Shown here: piece after piece, positions 1 to 9,367 of the stretch | How the letters are laid out: each line of letters opens with the position of its first letter | How positions within the stretch are numbered: position 1 is the stretch's first letter | Made by a program: the position numbers and the translations under genes | Notes under the pieces: generated by a model | Databases searched by the model: none | What the model was told of the DNA's origin: nothing | The model's input: the letters and a program-made list of their open reading frames with translations, nothing else | NCBI GenBank assembly: GCA_022798335.1 | Contig: JAAWMH010000002.1 | Span: 84,579 to 148,578 of the forward strand | Reading direction: 5' to 3' | Source of the DNA: Clostridia bacterium | GTDB lineage: Bacteria > Bacillota > Clostridia > TANB77 > CAG-508 | Length of the DNA stretch: 64,000 nucleotides

Positions 1-1325
1 TAAATATAAAAATGGCATATTAGCTATTCGGCTCCCTATTATTTTACTTTTATGGGGAGCCTATTTATGTATTAGTTATGATAGGAACTATTATATCAGC
101 CTATATACATGGGATTTTAATAGAGAAGTATTCAAAATATAAAAAAATGTTTTTATGGTCTGCTATTTTAATAAGCTTAGGTTTATTAGTACTATTTAAA
201 TATTCAGATTTTATGATAGCTAATGTAAATAATTTATTTCAAACAAATATAAGCTTATTAAATTTAGCCTTGCCAATAGGAATTTCTTTTTATACTTTTC
301 AAATATTAAGTTATGTAATAGATGTTTATCAAGGAAAAGTTCAAGCGCAAAAAAGTTTTATAAAACTTACAACATATGTATCATTATTTCCACAATTAAT
401 AGCAGGACCTATTGTACGTTACATAGATATAGCAAAAGAATTAGACAGTAGAGAGCACACATTTGAAAAATTTGCTTTAGGAATTAGAAGATTTTGCATT
501 GGTCTTGCTAAAAAGGTATTGATAGCAAATCAATTAGGAGAGTTATGTCAAATATTTTTACAAGCAGATGAAAAAAGTGTTGTATTTTACTGGATTTATG
601 GAATTAGCTTTAGCCTTCAAATTTATTTTGACTTTTCTGCTTATTCTGATATGGCAATAGGACTCGGAAAAATATTTGGTTTTCACTTTTTAGAAAATTT
701 CAATTATCCATATATATCAAAGAGTATTACAGAGTTTTGGAGAAGATGGCATATATCCCTTGGAACTTGGTTTAGAGATTACGTTTATATACCATTAGGA
801 GGAAACAGAGTTGGCAAGCTAAAACTACTTAGAAATATTTTAGTAGTATGGATGTTAACAGGATTTTGGCATGGAGCAAATTGGACCTTTATTTTGTGGG
901 GATTACTATTTGGAACATTGCTTATAATAGAAAAAATATTTTTGCTAAAAAAATTAGAAAAATTACCAAAAGTACTACAATGTAGCTATGTATTATTTAT
1001 TGTCATGATAAGCTTTATTTTATTTAATGCAAATGATATAGGACAAGCAATTTATCAAATAACAGGGTTATTTGGAGCAAATGGAGAAGGTTTTATTAAC
1101 AATTATACCATTTACTATTTAAAAAGTTATTTTATAATTTTGCTAGTAGCAATAATAGGAGCAACTCCAATTGTAAAAAATGTAGTGAACAAATTAAAAG
1201 AAAAAGCAACCTTAAAAAAGGTACTAAATGTATTAGAACCAATTACAATGATAGTAATTATTGTAATTGTTACAGCTTACTTAGTAGATAATTCGTATAA
1301 TCCATTTTTATATTTTAGATTTTAA
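1..1325 (+). CDS. MBOAT-family membrane O-acyltransferase (AlgI/DltB-like), 5' partial; needs a +1 shift at CGG 29-31
   Basis: The 415-aa ORF has the MBOAT hallmarks (WRRWHISL, FWHGANW, multi-TM). Frame 2 from the window edge reads KYKNGILAI, then CGG. Skipping C29 joins it to GSLLFYFYGEPIYVLVMIG, the usual MBOAT N-terminal region. Confidence 0.8.
29..32 (+). other. Candidate +1 recoding site ATT-C-GGC in the MBOAT gene
   Basis: The 0-frame codon CGG (29-31) is followed by a wrong-frame reading that runs for at least 29 codons. The +1 frame from GGC (30-32) continues the MBOAT ORF. Confidence 0.6.
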
Positions 1326-1344
1326 ATAAGAAAGGAAAAAAGCT

Positions 1345-2433
1345 ATGTCAGATAAAACTAAAAATATAGTAGTAGTAATTATTTTTGTACTATTTTTAGT
1401 TATGATGATGCTACTAAATATCATAAAAACAGATACAGAAATTTCCCTTTCAGAAAGAAGAAAGCTCGCAAAATTTCCAGAAATAACAGTACAAAAAATA
1501 TTAGATGGAAGTTTTAGTAAAGAATTTGAAAAATATGCAACTGATCAGATTATTAAAAGAGAAGGCTTTAGAAAAACAAAAGCTAATATTGAAATGAAAG
1601 TACTTAGAAAAAAAGATAATAACCATATTTATCAATACAAAAATAGTATTATTAAAATGGAGTATCCCTTAAACGAAAAGTCAGTACAAAATGCAGCTAG
1701 TAAAATAAATCAATTGCAACAAGAATATTTTAGACAAAATAAATGCTATTATACTATTGTACCAGATAAAAACTATTTTGTAAGTTCAAATGAGTATATC
1801 CGTTTAGATTATGAAAAATTGCAAGAAATGATGCAAAAAAACATAACTAATATGGAATATATAAACCTTTTTGAATGTTTACAATTAGAAGATTATTATG
1901 TAACAGATATCCACTGGAAGCAAGAAAATTTAAGCAAAGTAGTAGAAAAATTAAGCAAGCAAATGAACTTTACCGTAAATAACATATATACTAAAAATGA
2001 AATAATAGAATTTAATGGGCTATATGCAGGGCAGTTACCTGTAAAAACAAAACAAGATAAAATTTGTACTTTAACTAATCAAACAGTAGAAAATGCCACA
2101 GTATATCATTATGAAAATGGAAAACAAACTAAAGTATATGATGAAGAGAAATTAAATAGTAATGATAAATATGATATATACTTATCAGGTCCAACACCAA
2201 TGATTACAATTGAAAATAAGGAAGCTAAAACGAATAAAGAACTTATTATTTTCAGAGATTCTTTTGCAAGTAGTTTAGCACCATTACTGATAGAAGGCTA
2301 TAGTAAGATTACGCTAATAGATATTCGATATATGAGAAGTAAGGATATAGAAAAGTATGTAAAAATAGAAAATCAAGAAGTATTGTTTTTGTATAGTACA
2401 TTAGTTCTAAACAATAGTAGCATTCTAAAATAA
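1345..2433 (+). CDS. DHHW-family protein (AlgX/AlgJ/DltD-like partner of the MBOAT acyltransferase)
   Basis: N-terminal TM anchor, a TDIHW motif at the DHHW position, and a FRDSF motif. It starts 20 nt after the MBOAT gene and has an RBS (aaaggaaaaaagct-ATG). Confidence 0.6.
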   Translation: MSDKTKNIVVVIIFVLFLVMMMLLNIIKTDTEISLSERRKLAKFPEITVQKILDGSFSKEFEKYATDQIIKREGFRKTKANIEMKVLRKKDNNHIYQYKNSIIKMEYPLNEKSVQNAASKINQLQQEYFRQNKCYYTIVPDKNYFVSSNEYIRLDYEKLQEMMQKNITNMEYINLFECLQLEDYYVTDIHWKQENLSKVVEKLSKQMNFTVNNIYTKNEIIEFNGLYAGQLPVKTKQDKICTLTNQTVENATVYHYENGKQTKVYDEEKLNSNDKYDIYLSGPTPMITIENKEAKTNKELIIFRDSFASSLAPLLIEGYSKITLIDIRYMRSKDIEKYVKIENQEVLFLYSTLVLNNSSILK

Positions 2434-2600
2434 GCTAAAAAACTTGAAAGATGCAGAAGAGCATTGAGTTTTGGAGTAAGCATGCTTTGCTTTTCGAGGA
2501 AGAGCTTGTGGAACGTCTGGCATAGATATCTAAAAAATAAGAATTTCTAGAATAGAAATCTTAAAACGAAAAGGGAGGTTTTAGAATAAAAACCTAAAGC

Positions 2601-2639
2601 AAAAATTCCTAGTAAGGTAAAACTTACTGGGAATTTTTT
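2601..2639 (+). terminator. Rho-independent terminator after the MBOAT/DHHW pair
   Basis: Stem aaaaattcctagtaag / cttactgggaatttt followed by a T-run. Confidence 0.7.
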
Positions 2640-2785
2640 GTGTGCTAATAGCAATAGAAATAAATTAGGTGTATAATAAGAAGAAAAAAGCAAATGTTAA
2701 CTTTAGTTGACAAATTTCCAAGCAAACTTGGTAGTATGCAACTAAAAAAAACAGTATAATAAAGAAAAAATGAAAGGAGAAAAAT

Positions 2786-3304
2786 ATGACATTAGGAGAA
2801 AGGTTATTAAAGTATCGAACAGAGGCAAAAATGTCTCAAGATATTTTAGCAGAAAAGTTAGGAGTAACAAGACAAACCATTTCAAAATGGGAAACAGATC
2901 AAAGTACTCCAGAGTTTAATAAAATCTTGCCACTTTGCCAAATATATGGAATTACAACAGATGAATTAATTAAAGGAGAAAAGCAAGAACTAGAAAGGTT
3001 AGAAGAACCGAAGAGTTCTTATACAACAAAAAGAAATAAACAAAAAGCAATTGTAATTAGTATTAGTGTATTTTTATACTGTATGAGCACATTTAGTTTT
3101 CCTTATATGATAGAAGTAGCAGAGTATGAAGTAAACACAGCAGTAATGCAATTAATGGGAATATGGACTTTAGCTACAGTAATACTAATTTACTTTTTTA
3201 TTTCGCATCCAAAAGAAAAAAGTAGCAAAAAGGAAGCTACTAAAGAAAAAAAGAATTATAAAGAAAGTGTAAGCTTCGTAAATGAAAGCGAAAAAGTAGA
3301 GTAA
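2786..3304 (+). CDS. XRE-family HTH protein with a C-terminal membrane region
   Basis: N-terminal LGERLLKYRTEAKMSQDILAEKLGVTRQTISKWE is a Cro/C1-type HTH. Two hydrophobic segments lie in the C-terminal half. RBS gaaaggag. Confidence 0.75.
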   Translation: MTLGERLLKYRTEAKMSQDILAEKLGVTRQTISKWETDQSTPEFNKILPLCQIYGITTDELIKGEKQELERLEEPKSSYTTKRNKQKAIVISISVFLYCMSTFSFPYMIEVAEYEVNTAVMQLMGIWTLATVILIYFFISHPKEKSSKKEATKEKKNYKESVSFVNESEKVE

Positions 3305-3329
3305 AATCAAAAAGGAAAGGGAAATAATA

Positions 3330-4397
3330 ATGAAGAGTAATGGAATAAAAATAGTACTAGTTATAGTAAGTATCCTAATTATAATGATAATAATTTCTGC
3401 TGTAATTTCTGCAATTGTATATAAAAATAAGGAATATAAAATTAAATTTTTAGGAATTGGCTATAAAGAAAAAATGATATTTCAAAACGAATACGATGCA
3501 AGTAATGTTGAAAATATAGAAATAGTAGCACAATCTTCTAATATAAAATTTGTAGAAGGAGATAGTAATAAAGTAAAAGTTACAGTATATGGGTTAGAAG
3601 GAGAAAGAATAAAAGAAACTTTCGAAGGAAAGAAATTAAAAATACAAAAACAAAATCATACTATTTATCTTTTAGGAATTTTCTTTTGGAGTAGGCAAGA
3701 AATGATAATAGAATTGCCCAAAGAAAATTATCATAAAATACAAGCTAAAACAACAAGTGGAAAAATAGAAGTAGTAGACATAGAACAAACTGATTTAGAG
3801 TTAGAAACTAGTTCTGGAAATATTACTTGTAGCAGAGCAAAAAATGTAAATTTAAAATCAACTTCAGGCAATATTTATTGTGGAGATGTGAAAAGTGCAA
3901 ATCTAAAATCAACTTCTGGTAGTATAAAAGTAGGAAATGTAGAAGAGAATGCAAATATAAAAAGTACTTCTGGAGGTATCATGGCAGGAAAACTTGCAAA
4001 AGCAACTATAGAAACAACTTCTGGAAAAATAGAGGCACAAGGGATAGAAGAAGGAGAAACTAAATCGACTTCGGGTACAATAAAAATAGTAAAGGCAAAT
4101 AGCATAACAGCTAAAACAACTTCAGGTAGTATTCGTTTTGAAACAATTGATGGATTTTGCAATTTAAGTTCAAAGTCAGGAAGCATCAAAATAGGAAGTA
4201 TAAAAATTAGTGAAAATTCTAGTATACAAGCAACCTCTGGAAATGTAAAAATAGAAGAGGCAACTAATATGTATATTGATACTCAAACAACTTCTGGATC
4301 TATAAAGGTAAATGAAAATAATCGAAAAGCAGAAGTAGAACTAAGAATTCGAACAACTTCAGGGAGTGTGTCAGTTAAAAGAACGTCCCTAAACTGA
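3330..4397 (+). CDS. DUF4097/YvlB-like repeat protein (putative beta-helical, membrane anchored)
   Basis: N-terminal TM segment followed by more than 12 iterations of a (K/T)(S/T)TSG(S/N/K)I unit. The last codons and the stop lie inside a dispersed repeat copy. Confidence 0.6.
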   Translation: MKSNGIKIVLVIVSILIIMIIISAVISAIVYKNKEYKIKFLGIGYKEKMIFQNEYDASNVENIEIVAQSSNIKFVEGDSNKVKVTVYGLEGERIKETFEGKKLKIQKQNHTIYLLGIFFWSRQEMIIELPKENYHKIQAKTTSGKIEVVDIEQTDLELETSSGNITCSRAKNVNLKSTSGNIYCGDVKSANLKSTSGSIKVGNVEENANIKSTSGGIMAGKLAKATIETTSGKIEAQGIEEGETKSTSGTIKIVKANSITAKTTSGSIRFETIDGFCNLSSKSGSIKIGSIKISENSSIQATSGNVKIEEATNMYIDTQTTSGSIKVNENNRKAEVELRIRTTSGSVSVKRTSLN

Positions 4398-4399
4398 CA
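4381..4399 (+). repeat. Dispersed short repeat GAACGTCCCTAAACTGACA (copy A)
   Basis: 19/19 identical to the reverse complement of 57934-57952. Together with upstream tgtcagtt it forms a hairpin, and it supplies the stop codon of the 3330-4397 gene. Confidence 0.7.
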
Positions 4400-4480
4400 A
4401 ATTAACATATTTCAAAAACTTTGTAAAACTACTTTACAAAGTTCTTTTTTTACTGTATCTTAAATACAGAAAAATTTGTA

Positions 4481-4603
4481 ATGACAGATAGTGCAGGAGA
4501 TGACATTATAAAAGCAGGACAAAAATTAACAGGGCTTTCTTATGAAGAACAAAAGAAGTTTCACGTAAAAGTATGGATATTTACACATGGAATAGCTTGC
4601 TAA
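4481..4603 (+). pseudogene. Possible C-terminal remnant of a TetR-family regulator
   Basis: The 40-codon ORF ends ...KVWIFTHGIAC, which resembles TetR C-terminal helices. It lacks the N-terminal HTH and sits just upstream of the ABC exporter. Confidence 0.25.
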
Positions 4604-4627
4604 AAAAATAAAAAGGGGGAAATTTAA

Positions 4628-5567
4628 GTGGAAAATGTAATTGAAGTAAAGAATTTAGTCAAAGAATACAAAAATTTAAAAGCAGTAGATGATTTATCAT
4701 TTGAAGTACATGGAGGAGAAATATTAGGTCTACTTCGGACCAAATGGAAGCGGAAAATCTACTACTATTAATTGTATTTTATCATTACTAAATTTTAGTA
4801 GTGGTACTATTAAAATTTTTGGAAAAGAAATGAAACCAAATGCATATGACATAAAAAGAGAAATAGGAGTAGTATTTCAAGATGTAGCTGTATTTGAAGA
4901 ATTAAATGTATATGAAAATATTGATTATTTTTGTGGACTTTATATTAAAGATAAAAATACAAGAAAAGAGTATATTGAAGAAGCCATTCATTTAGTAGGC
5001 TTAGAAGAATTCAAAAAGTTTTATCCAAAACAATTATCAGGAGGTCTTTTAAGAAGGTTAAATATTGCATGTGGTATTAGTCATAAACCAAAACTTATTT
5101 TTTTAGATGAACCAACAGTAGCAGTGGACCCACAAAGTAGAAATAATATATTAGATGGTATTAAAACTTTAAGGCAAAAAGGTGCTACAATAGTGTATAC
5201 TACACACTATATGGAAGAAGTAGAAATTCTTTGTGACAGAGTCATTATTTTAGATAAAGGAAAAGTAATTGCCTCTGGTACAAATGATGAATTAAAAGAG
5301 CTTGCTCGTATTGAAGAAAAGGTAAGTGTAGAAGTAATTGACTTAGAAGAAAAAATAATTGCAAATATTAGAGAATTTTCAAATGTAGAAGAAGCAGAAT
5401 ATCATAATCATGTTTTAGTAATTAAATATAAAAAAGGCAAAAATAATCTTACAGAATTGATGGATTATTTAAGAAAAGAAAATATAGGGTATAGTAAAAT
5501 TTATTCAGAAAGACCAACTTTAAATGATGTGTTCCTAGAGCTTACAGGAAAGGGGTTACGTGATTAG
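4628..5567 (+). CDS. ABC transporter ATP-binding protein; needs a +1 shift at CGG 4736-4738, inside the Walker A motif
   Basis: GTG start after the RBS aaaggggga. The 0-frame reads ...GEILGLL-R-TKWKRKIYYY*. Skipping C4736 gives GEILGLLGPNGSGKSTTINCI..., joining the 4830-5567 ORF, which carries LSGG and the Walker B motif IFLDEP. Confidence 0.9.
4736..4739 (+). other. Candidate +1 recoding site CTT-C-GGA (ABC ATPase Walker A glycine)
   Basis: CGG is in frame with the GTG at 4628 (108 nt). GGA at 4737 is in frame with the downstream ORF (93 nt before 4830). Confidence 0.7.
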
Positions 5568-6762
5568 TATATTTATACATAATTTTAAATATGCCCTAAA
5601 AACTCTTTTTAAAAATAAGATGCTAATATTTTGGACTTTTGCCTTTCCCATTATATTAGGTACTTTTTTTAATATGGCATTTGCTAATATTGAAAAAAGT
5701 GAAAAATTAAAAATGATTGACATTGCAATTGTTGAAAATGAAAATTTTAAAAATAGTACTGTATGGAAGCAAACTTTTAAGGTACTAAGTGATGAAGAAA
5801 ATGTTAATAGATTATTTAATACAAAATATGTAAGTAAAGAAGAAGCAGAAAAGTTACTAAAAAATGATGAAATTACAGGATATGTCGAATTACAAAAAGA
5901 ACCAATAGTAACAGTAACTAATAGTGGTATCAATGAAACAGTATTAAAATATGTGATAGAAGAAATAATACAATCAGAAGAGATAATAAGTAATATCATA
6001 CAAATACAAATAAATGAAAAGTTACAAGAAGATCCTACACAAATAGTAAATATAGAACAAATAGGAATGCAAATTTATGAAAATACAATAGAAAAGTTAC
6101 AAAAGCAAGAGGCTAATATTCAAGACATTTCTAGTAATAAGTTAAGCTATACTATGATAGAATTTTATACATTAATTGCTATGACTTGTCTATATGGCGG
6201 AATACTTGGAATGGTAGCAGTAAATCAAAATTTGGCAAATATGAGTCATACTGGAAAAAGAATAGGGGTAAGTCCTATCTCAAAAGGAAAACTTATTTTA
6301 GGAAGTAGTATAGCAAGTTATTTAACACAATTAATAGGGGTGTTGTTACTATTTATTTATACTATTTTTGTACTAAAAGTAGATTATGGAAATAATTTAA
6401 TGCTTATTATCCTTTTAACATTAGCAGGGTGTTTAGCAGGTTTAACTATGGGAGTTTCAATAGCTGCTTGTATAAAAGCAAATGATAACTTAAAAACAGG
6501 AATTGTCATATCTGTTACTATGATAGGCTGCTTTTTGTCAGGAATGATGGGAATTACCATGAAATATATGGTAGATAAAAATGTACCAATTATAAATAAG
6601 CTAAATCCAGCAAGTATGATAACAGACGGATTTTACTCATTATATTATTATGATACCTTAGATAGATTTTATTTTAACGTAGCAAGTTTAGCTATTTTTG
6701 CCATTATCATGTTAGGTATTTCTATAATTAGTTTAAGGAGGCAAAAATATGATAGTATTTAA
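5560..6762 (+). CDS. ABC-2 type transporter permease
   Basis: Overlaps the ATPase stop. N-terminal TM, a large extracytoplasmic loop, then five C-terminal TM segments typical of ABC-2 permeases. Confidence 0.75.
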   Translation: MISIFIHNFKYALKTLFKNKMLIFWTFAFPIILGTFFNMAFANIEKSEKLKMIDIAIVENENFKNSTVWKQTFKVLSDEENVNRLFNTKYVSKEEAEKLLKNDEITGYVELQKEPIVTVTNSGINETVLKYVIEEIIQSEEIISNIIQIQINEKLQEDPTQIVNIEQIGMQIYENTIEKLQKQEANIQDISSNKLSYTMIEFYTLIAMTCLYGGILGMVAVNQNLANMSHTGKRIGVSPISKGKLILGSSIASYLTQLIGVLLLFIYTIFVLKVDYGNNLMLIILLTLAGCLAGLTMGVSIAACIKANDNLKTGIVISVTMIGCFLSGMMGITMKYMVDKNVPIINKLNPASMITDGFYSLYYYDTLDRFYFNVASLAIFAIIMLGISIISLRRQKYDSI

Positions 6763-7895
6763 AACATTTTTAAAAGTATTAAATAAATGTAAAGCACCTA
6801 TCATTATGTATACTGTATTTTTGCTATTTTTTGGTATTTTCAATATGTCTACTAGTGATAATATAACCGACTTTACAGCAAGTAAGCCAGATATTTTAAT
6901 TGTTAATGAAGATGAGCAAATAGGTATTACAAAAAACTTAATAGAATATATTGAGAAAAATAGTAATATCAAAGAAATTAAAAGTGATAAAGAATCTATA
7001 GCAGATGCATTATTTTATAGAGATATAAACTATATTATCTATATACCAAATCACTTTAGAGAAGATTTTTTAGCAGGTAAAAAACCAGAAGTAAAAGTAG
7101 AAAGTACAGGAGATTATCAAGCAAGTTTAGCTCAAATGATGCTAGAAAGATATTTGAAAGTGGCACAAACGTATAGTAAAGAGATAAAATCAGAAGAAGA
7201 ATTAGTAAAACAAATAAATAATACACTTGAAAAACAAGTTCAAATTGAAATGACCTCTAAATTAGATACAGATAGTTTAAATAAGGTAGCATTTTATTAC
7301 AATTTTGCAAATTATTCTATTTTAGCAGGTTGCGTATATGTTATTTGCTTAATATTATCTAGCTTTAAAGAAGAAAAAATACAAAAAAGAACAATAGTTA
7401 GTAGTATGAATTATCATAAATATCAAAAACAATTACTAATAGCCAATAGTTTATTTGCCATTATATTGTGGCTACTTTATGTAGTTATCAGCTTTTTCTT
7501 ATTAGGAAAAGTTATGTTTACAGCACATGGGCTAATTTATATAGCAAATTCCTTTATTTTTACATTATGTGCTTTAACAATTGCATTTTTAATAGGAAAT
7601 AGTATGAAAAATAAAGATGCAGTAAATGGAATTGTAAATGTAGTAGCATTAGGGTCTAGCTTTTTATGTGGCGCTTTTGTACCAATGGAAATGTTACCAG
7701 ATTTTGTATTAAAAATAGCACATATATTGCCATCTTATTGGTATATTAAAACAAATGAAATGCTAAAAACTATAGAAATATTTAATCGGAGATACATTAC
7801 AGCCAATTTTAGTAAATATGGGAATAGTAATTGGCTTTACGATACTATTTACGATTATTTCTAATATTATAGCCAGTAAGAAAAAGAGAAACTAA
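6749..7895 (+). CDS. ABC-2 type transporter permease (second subunit); needs a +1 shift at CGG 7787-7789
   Basis: RBS aaggagg. The 0-frame tail after CGG (RRYITANFSKYGNSNWLYD...) is non-hydrophobic. Skipping C7787 gives GDTLQPILVNMGIVIGFTILFTIISNIIASKKKRN*, a proper final TM helix with a basic tail. Confidence 0.75.
7787..7790 (+). other. Candidate +1 recoding site AAT-C-GGA (permease)
   Basis: CGG lies 1038 nt (346 codons) from the ATG at 6749. The +1 frame reaches TAA at 7893-7895. Confidence 0.55.
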
Positions 7896-8081
7896 AAATT
7901 TTAAGCAAAATTGTAAATGATACATATTATAAGTAGAAAGTTGAATTTGTATAGACTTAATCTTTTAGCATGCTAGAAAAGCAAGAAAATTTATAGCTAT
8001 CAGAAAAGTAAAACTATTGCAATCTTATGTAAACCATGATATAATATAAATATCATTTTTTTGAAAAGGAGTTTAGCATCT

Positions 8082-8384
8082 ATGAAAAACGAAGTATTTT
8101 ACTCTGAAGAAGCAAAAAGAGATAAAGAAGGTAAACTGATATCGGCAAAAGAGCCTACATGCTTTGAAAGCACAAGTTACTTCGAGACTATTGAAATTTC
8201 TGCTGAAAGCATTCACGAGGCAGAAAGCCAGATGTTAAGAACACTGATGAGTAAGATTGAAAAAGCAGGAGAGCACGAAAGGTACTGCGTAGAAGGATTG
8301 GAGTCTTTTTCTAAGAAAAAGAAGAATCGGACTACGTATACGATAAGAGCGCTTCTCAAGTGCCAGCCGGTGAAGATAAGCTAA
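8082..8384 (+). CDS. Hypothetical small protein, moderately G+C-enriched, next to tmRNA
   Basis: Sigma-A-like promoter TTGCAA-17-TATAAT (8018-8046), RBS aaaaggag, ATG at 8082. It contains a 0-frame CGG at 8328-8330, and the ORF stays open in both the 0 and +1 readings. Confidence 0.4.
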   Translation: MKNEVFYSEEAKRDKEGKLISAKEPTCFESTSYFETIEISAESIHEAESQMLRTLMSKIEKAGEHERYCVEGLESFSKKKKNRTTYTIRALLKCQPVKIS

Positions 8385-8454
8385 ATTAGCGAAAAAGAAA
8401 AGCTAAACAAACGTAACCCTTAATAACTTAGTTAGTAGTAAGGAGGAAAAACAA

Positions 8455-8772
8455 ATGAAAAAAGGAGATATTAGTAAATTAACGATAATAGGCATTCGGT
8501 TGTTTTGCAAGGAAAATGAAGGACTTATAAAGTTCTTGATGTTTTTACTTTATGAACTAGAAATAGTAATAGCAACGAAGAAAATGGTACAATTATTTAC
8601 CCAGAATGAAGATATAATGGTCTGCATAGGAATCATAGTAGCAATTATTGCAGGCATTTTATACTTTTTCATTTTACACGTATGGGAAGCATTACAATAT
8701 GCAGAAGATAAGAAGACCAGCTTACAAGAGGCATGGGAGGCAACAAAGCCAATAGATACAGATGATTTTTAA
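8455..8772 (+). CDS. Hypothetical small membrane protein
   Basis: Strong RBS aaggagg and a 105-codon ORF with a hydrophobic segment. It contains a 0-frame CGG at 8497-8499 that must be read through (not shifted) to give the long ORF. Confidence 0.45.
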   Translation: MKKGDISKLTIIGIRLFCKENEGLIKFLMFLLYELEIVIATKKMVQLFTQNEDIMVCIGIIVAIIAGILYFFILHVWEALQYAEDKKTSLQEAWEATKPIDTDDF

Positions 8773-8795
8773 AAGAAGATAAAAAAATAATAAGG

Positions 8796-8826
8796 CACTA
8801 GTTTTAACGAAACTAGTGCTTTATTG
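8796..8826 (+). terminator. Hairpin terminator between the 8455 ORF and the tmRNA 3' end
   Basis: gcactagttt-taacg-aaactagtgc followed by tttatt. Confidence 0.6.
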
Positions 8827-8828
8827 GT

Positions 8829-9188
8829 TGGTGGAGATGAGGAGAGTCGAACTCCTGTCCAATAACCGATTCATATCAAATTCTCCGAGTGCAGTTTGTT
8901 TTTTAAATTCCCTGTACAATAACCTAACAAACAAGCTTATTATATAGGTAGCTATTTAAAATTACCCCTTATTTTGATAGCTCAAAATAAGTTCGTTTCC
9001 CACGAATCTTACGCCTTATCTAAAACGGTGGGAGGTTAAAGTAAGACGTCGTAGCTACTAAGCTGCGAATGCTAATTCTTTATTATCAGCGTTTATATTT
9101 ATTTTCTCACATGATTAAAGTGGCCAAGTGAGAATCCACTACTCGCTATCAATACTTCAGGGTTACCGTCGAAACCAAATACATCCCC
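8829..9188 (-). ncRNA. ssrA: tmRNA (transfer-messenger RNA)
   Basis: The minus strand starts GGGGATGTATTTGGTTTCGACGG (the tRNA-like 5' end) and ends ...GGAGTTCGACTCTCCTCATCTCCACCA. An internal reading frame, gct gat aat aaa gaa tta gca ttc gca gct tag tag, gives the tag ADNKELAFAA. Confidence 0.9.
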
Positions 9189-9367
9189 AAATATAATTAC
9201 AAATTCTATTATACAATAAACAAGGTAAAATAACAAGAATAAAGGCAAAAATAGATTTGCATTTTTATAACTACTTTGGTAAAATATGACAAAAGAGCAT
9301 ATTTAAAAGTTATTTAGGAAATAAAAAAACAGGTATTCCAGATCTCCAAAATGAAAGGAACAAAGGA

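Noticed and set aside
2449-2526. 24-codon ORF (MQKSIEFWSKHALLFEEELVERLA) in slightly G+C-enriched DNA after the DHHW gene
   Set aside because: It has no convincing RBS, is very short and matches no recognisable family. It may be a gene remnant, but that cannot be supported.
3875-4189. 104-aa minus-strand ORF inside the DUF4097 gene
   Set aside because: It is an antisense shadow of a repetitive coding region, with no RBS and a low-complexity product. The same applies to other antisense track ORFs, for example 5556-5999, 9303-9740, 30140-30553, 31807-32193, 53561-54031 and 61591-62130.
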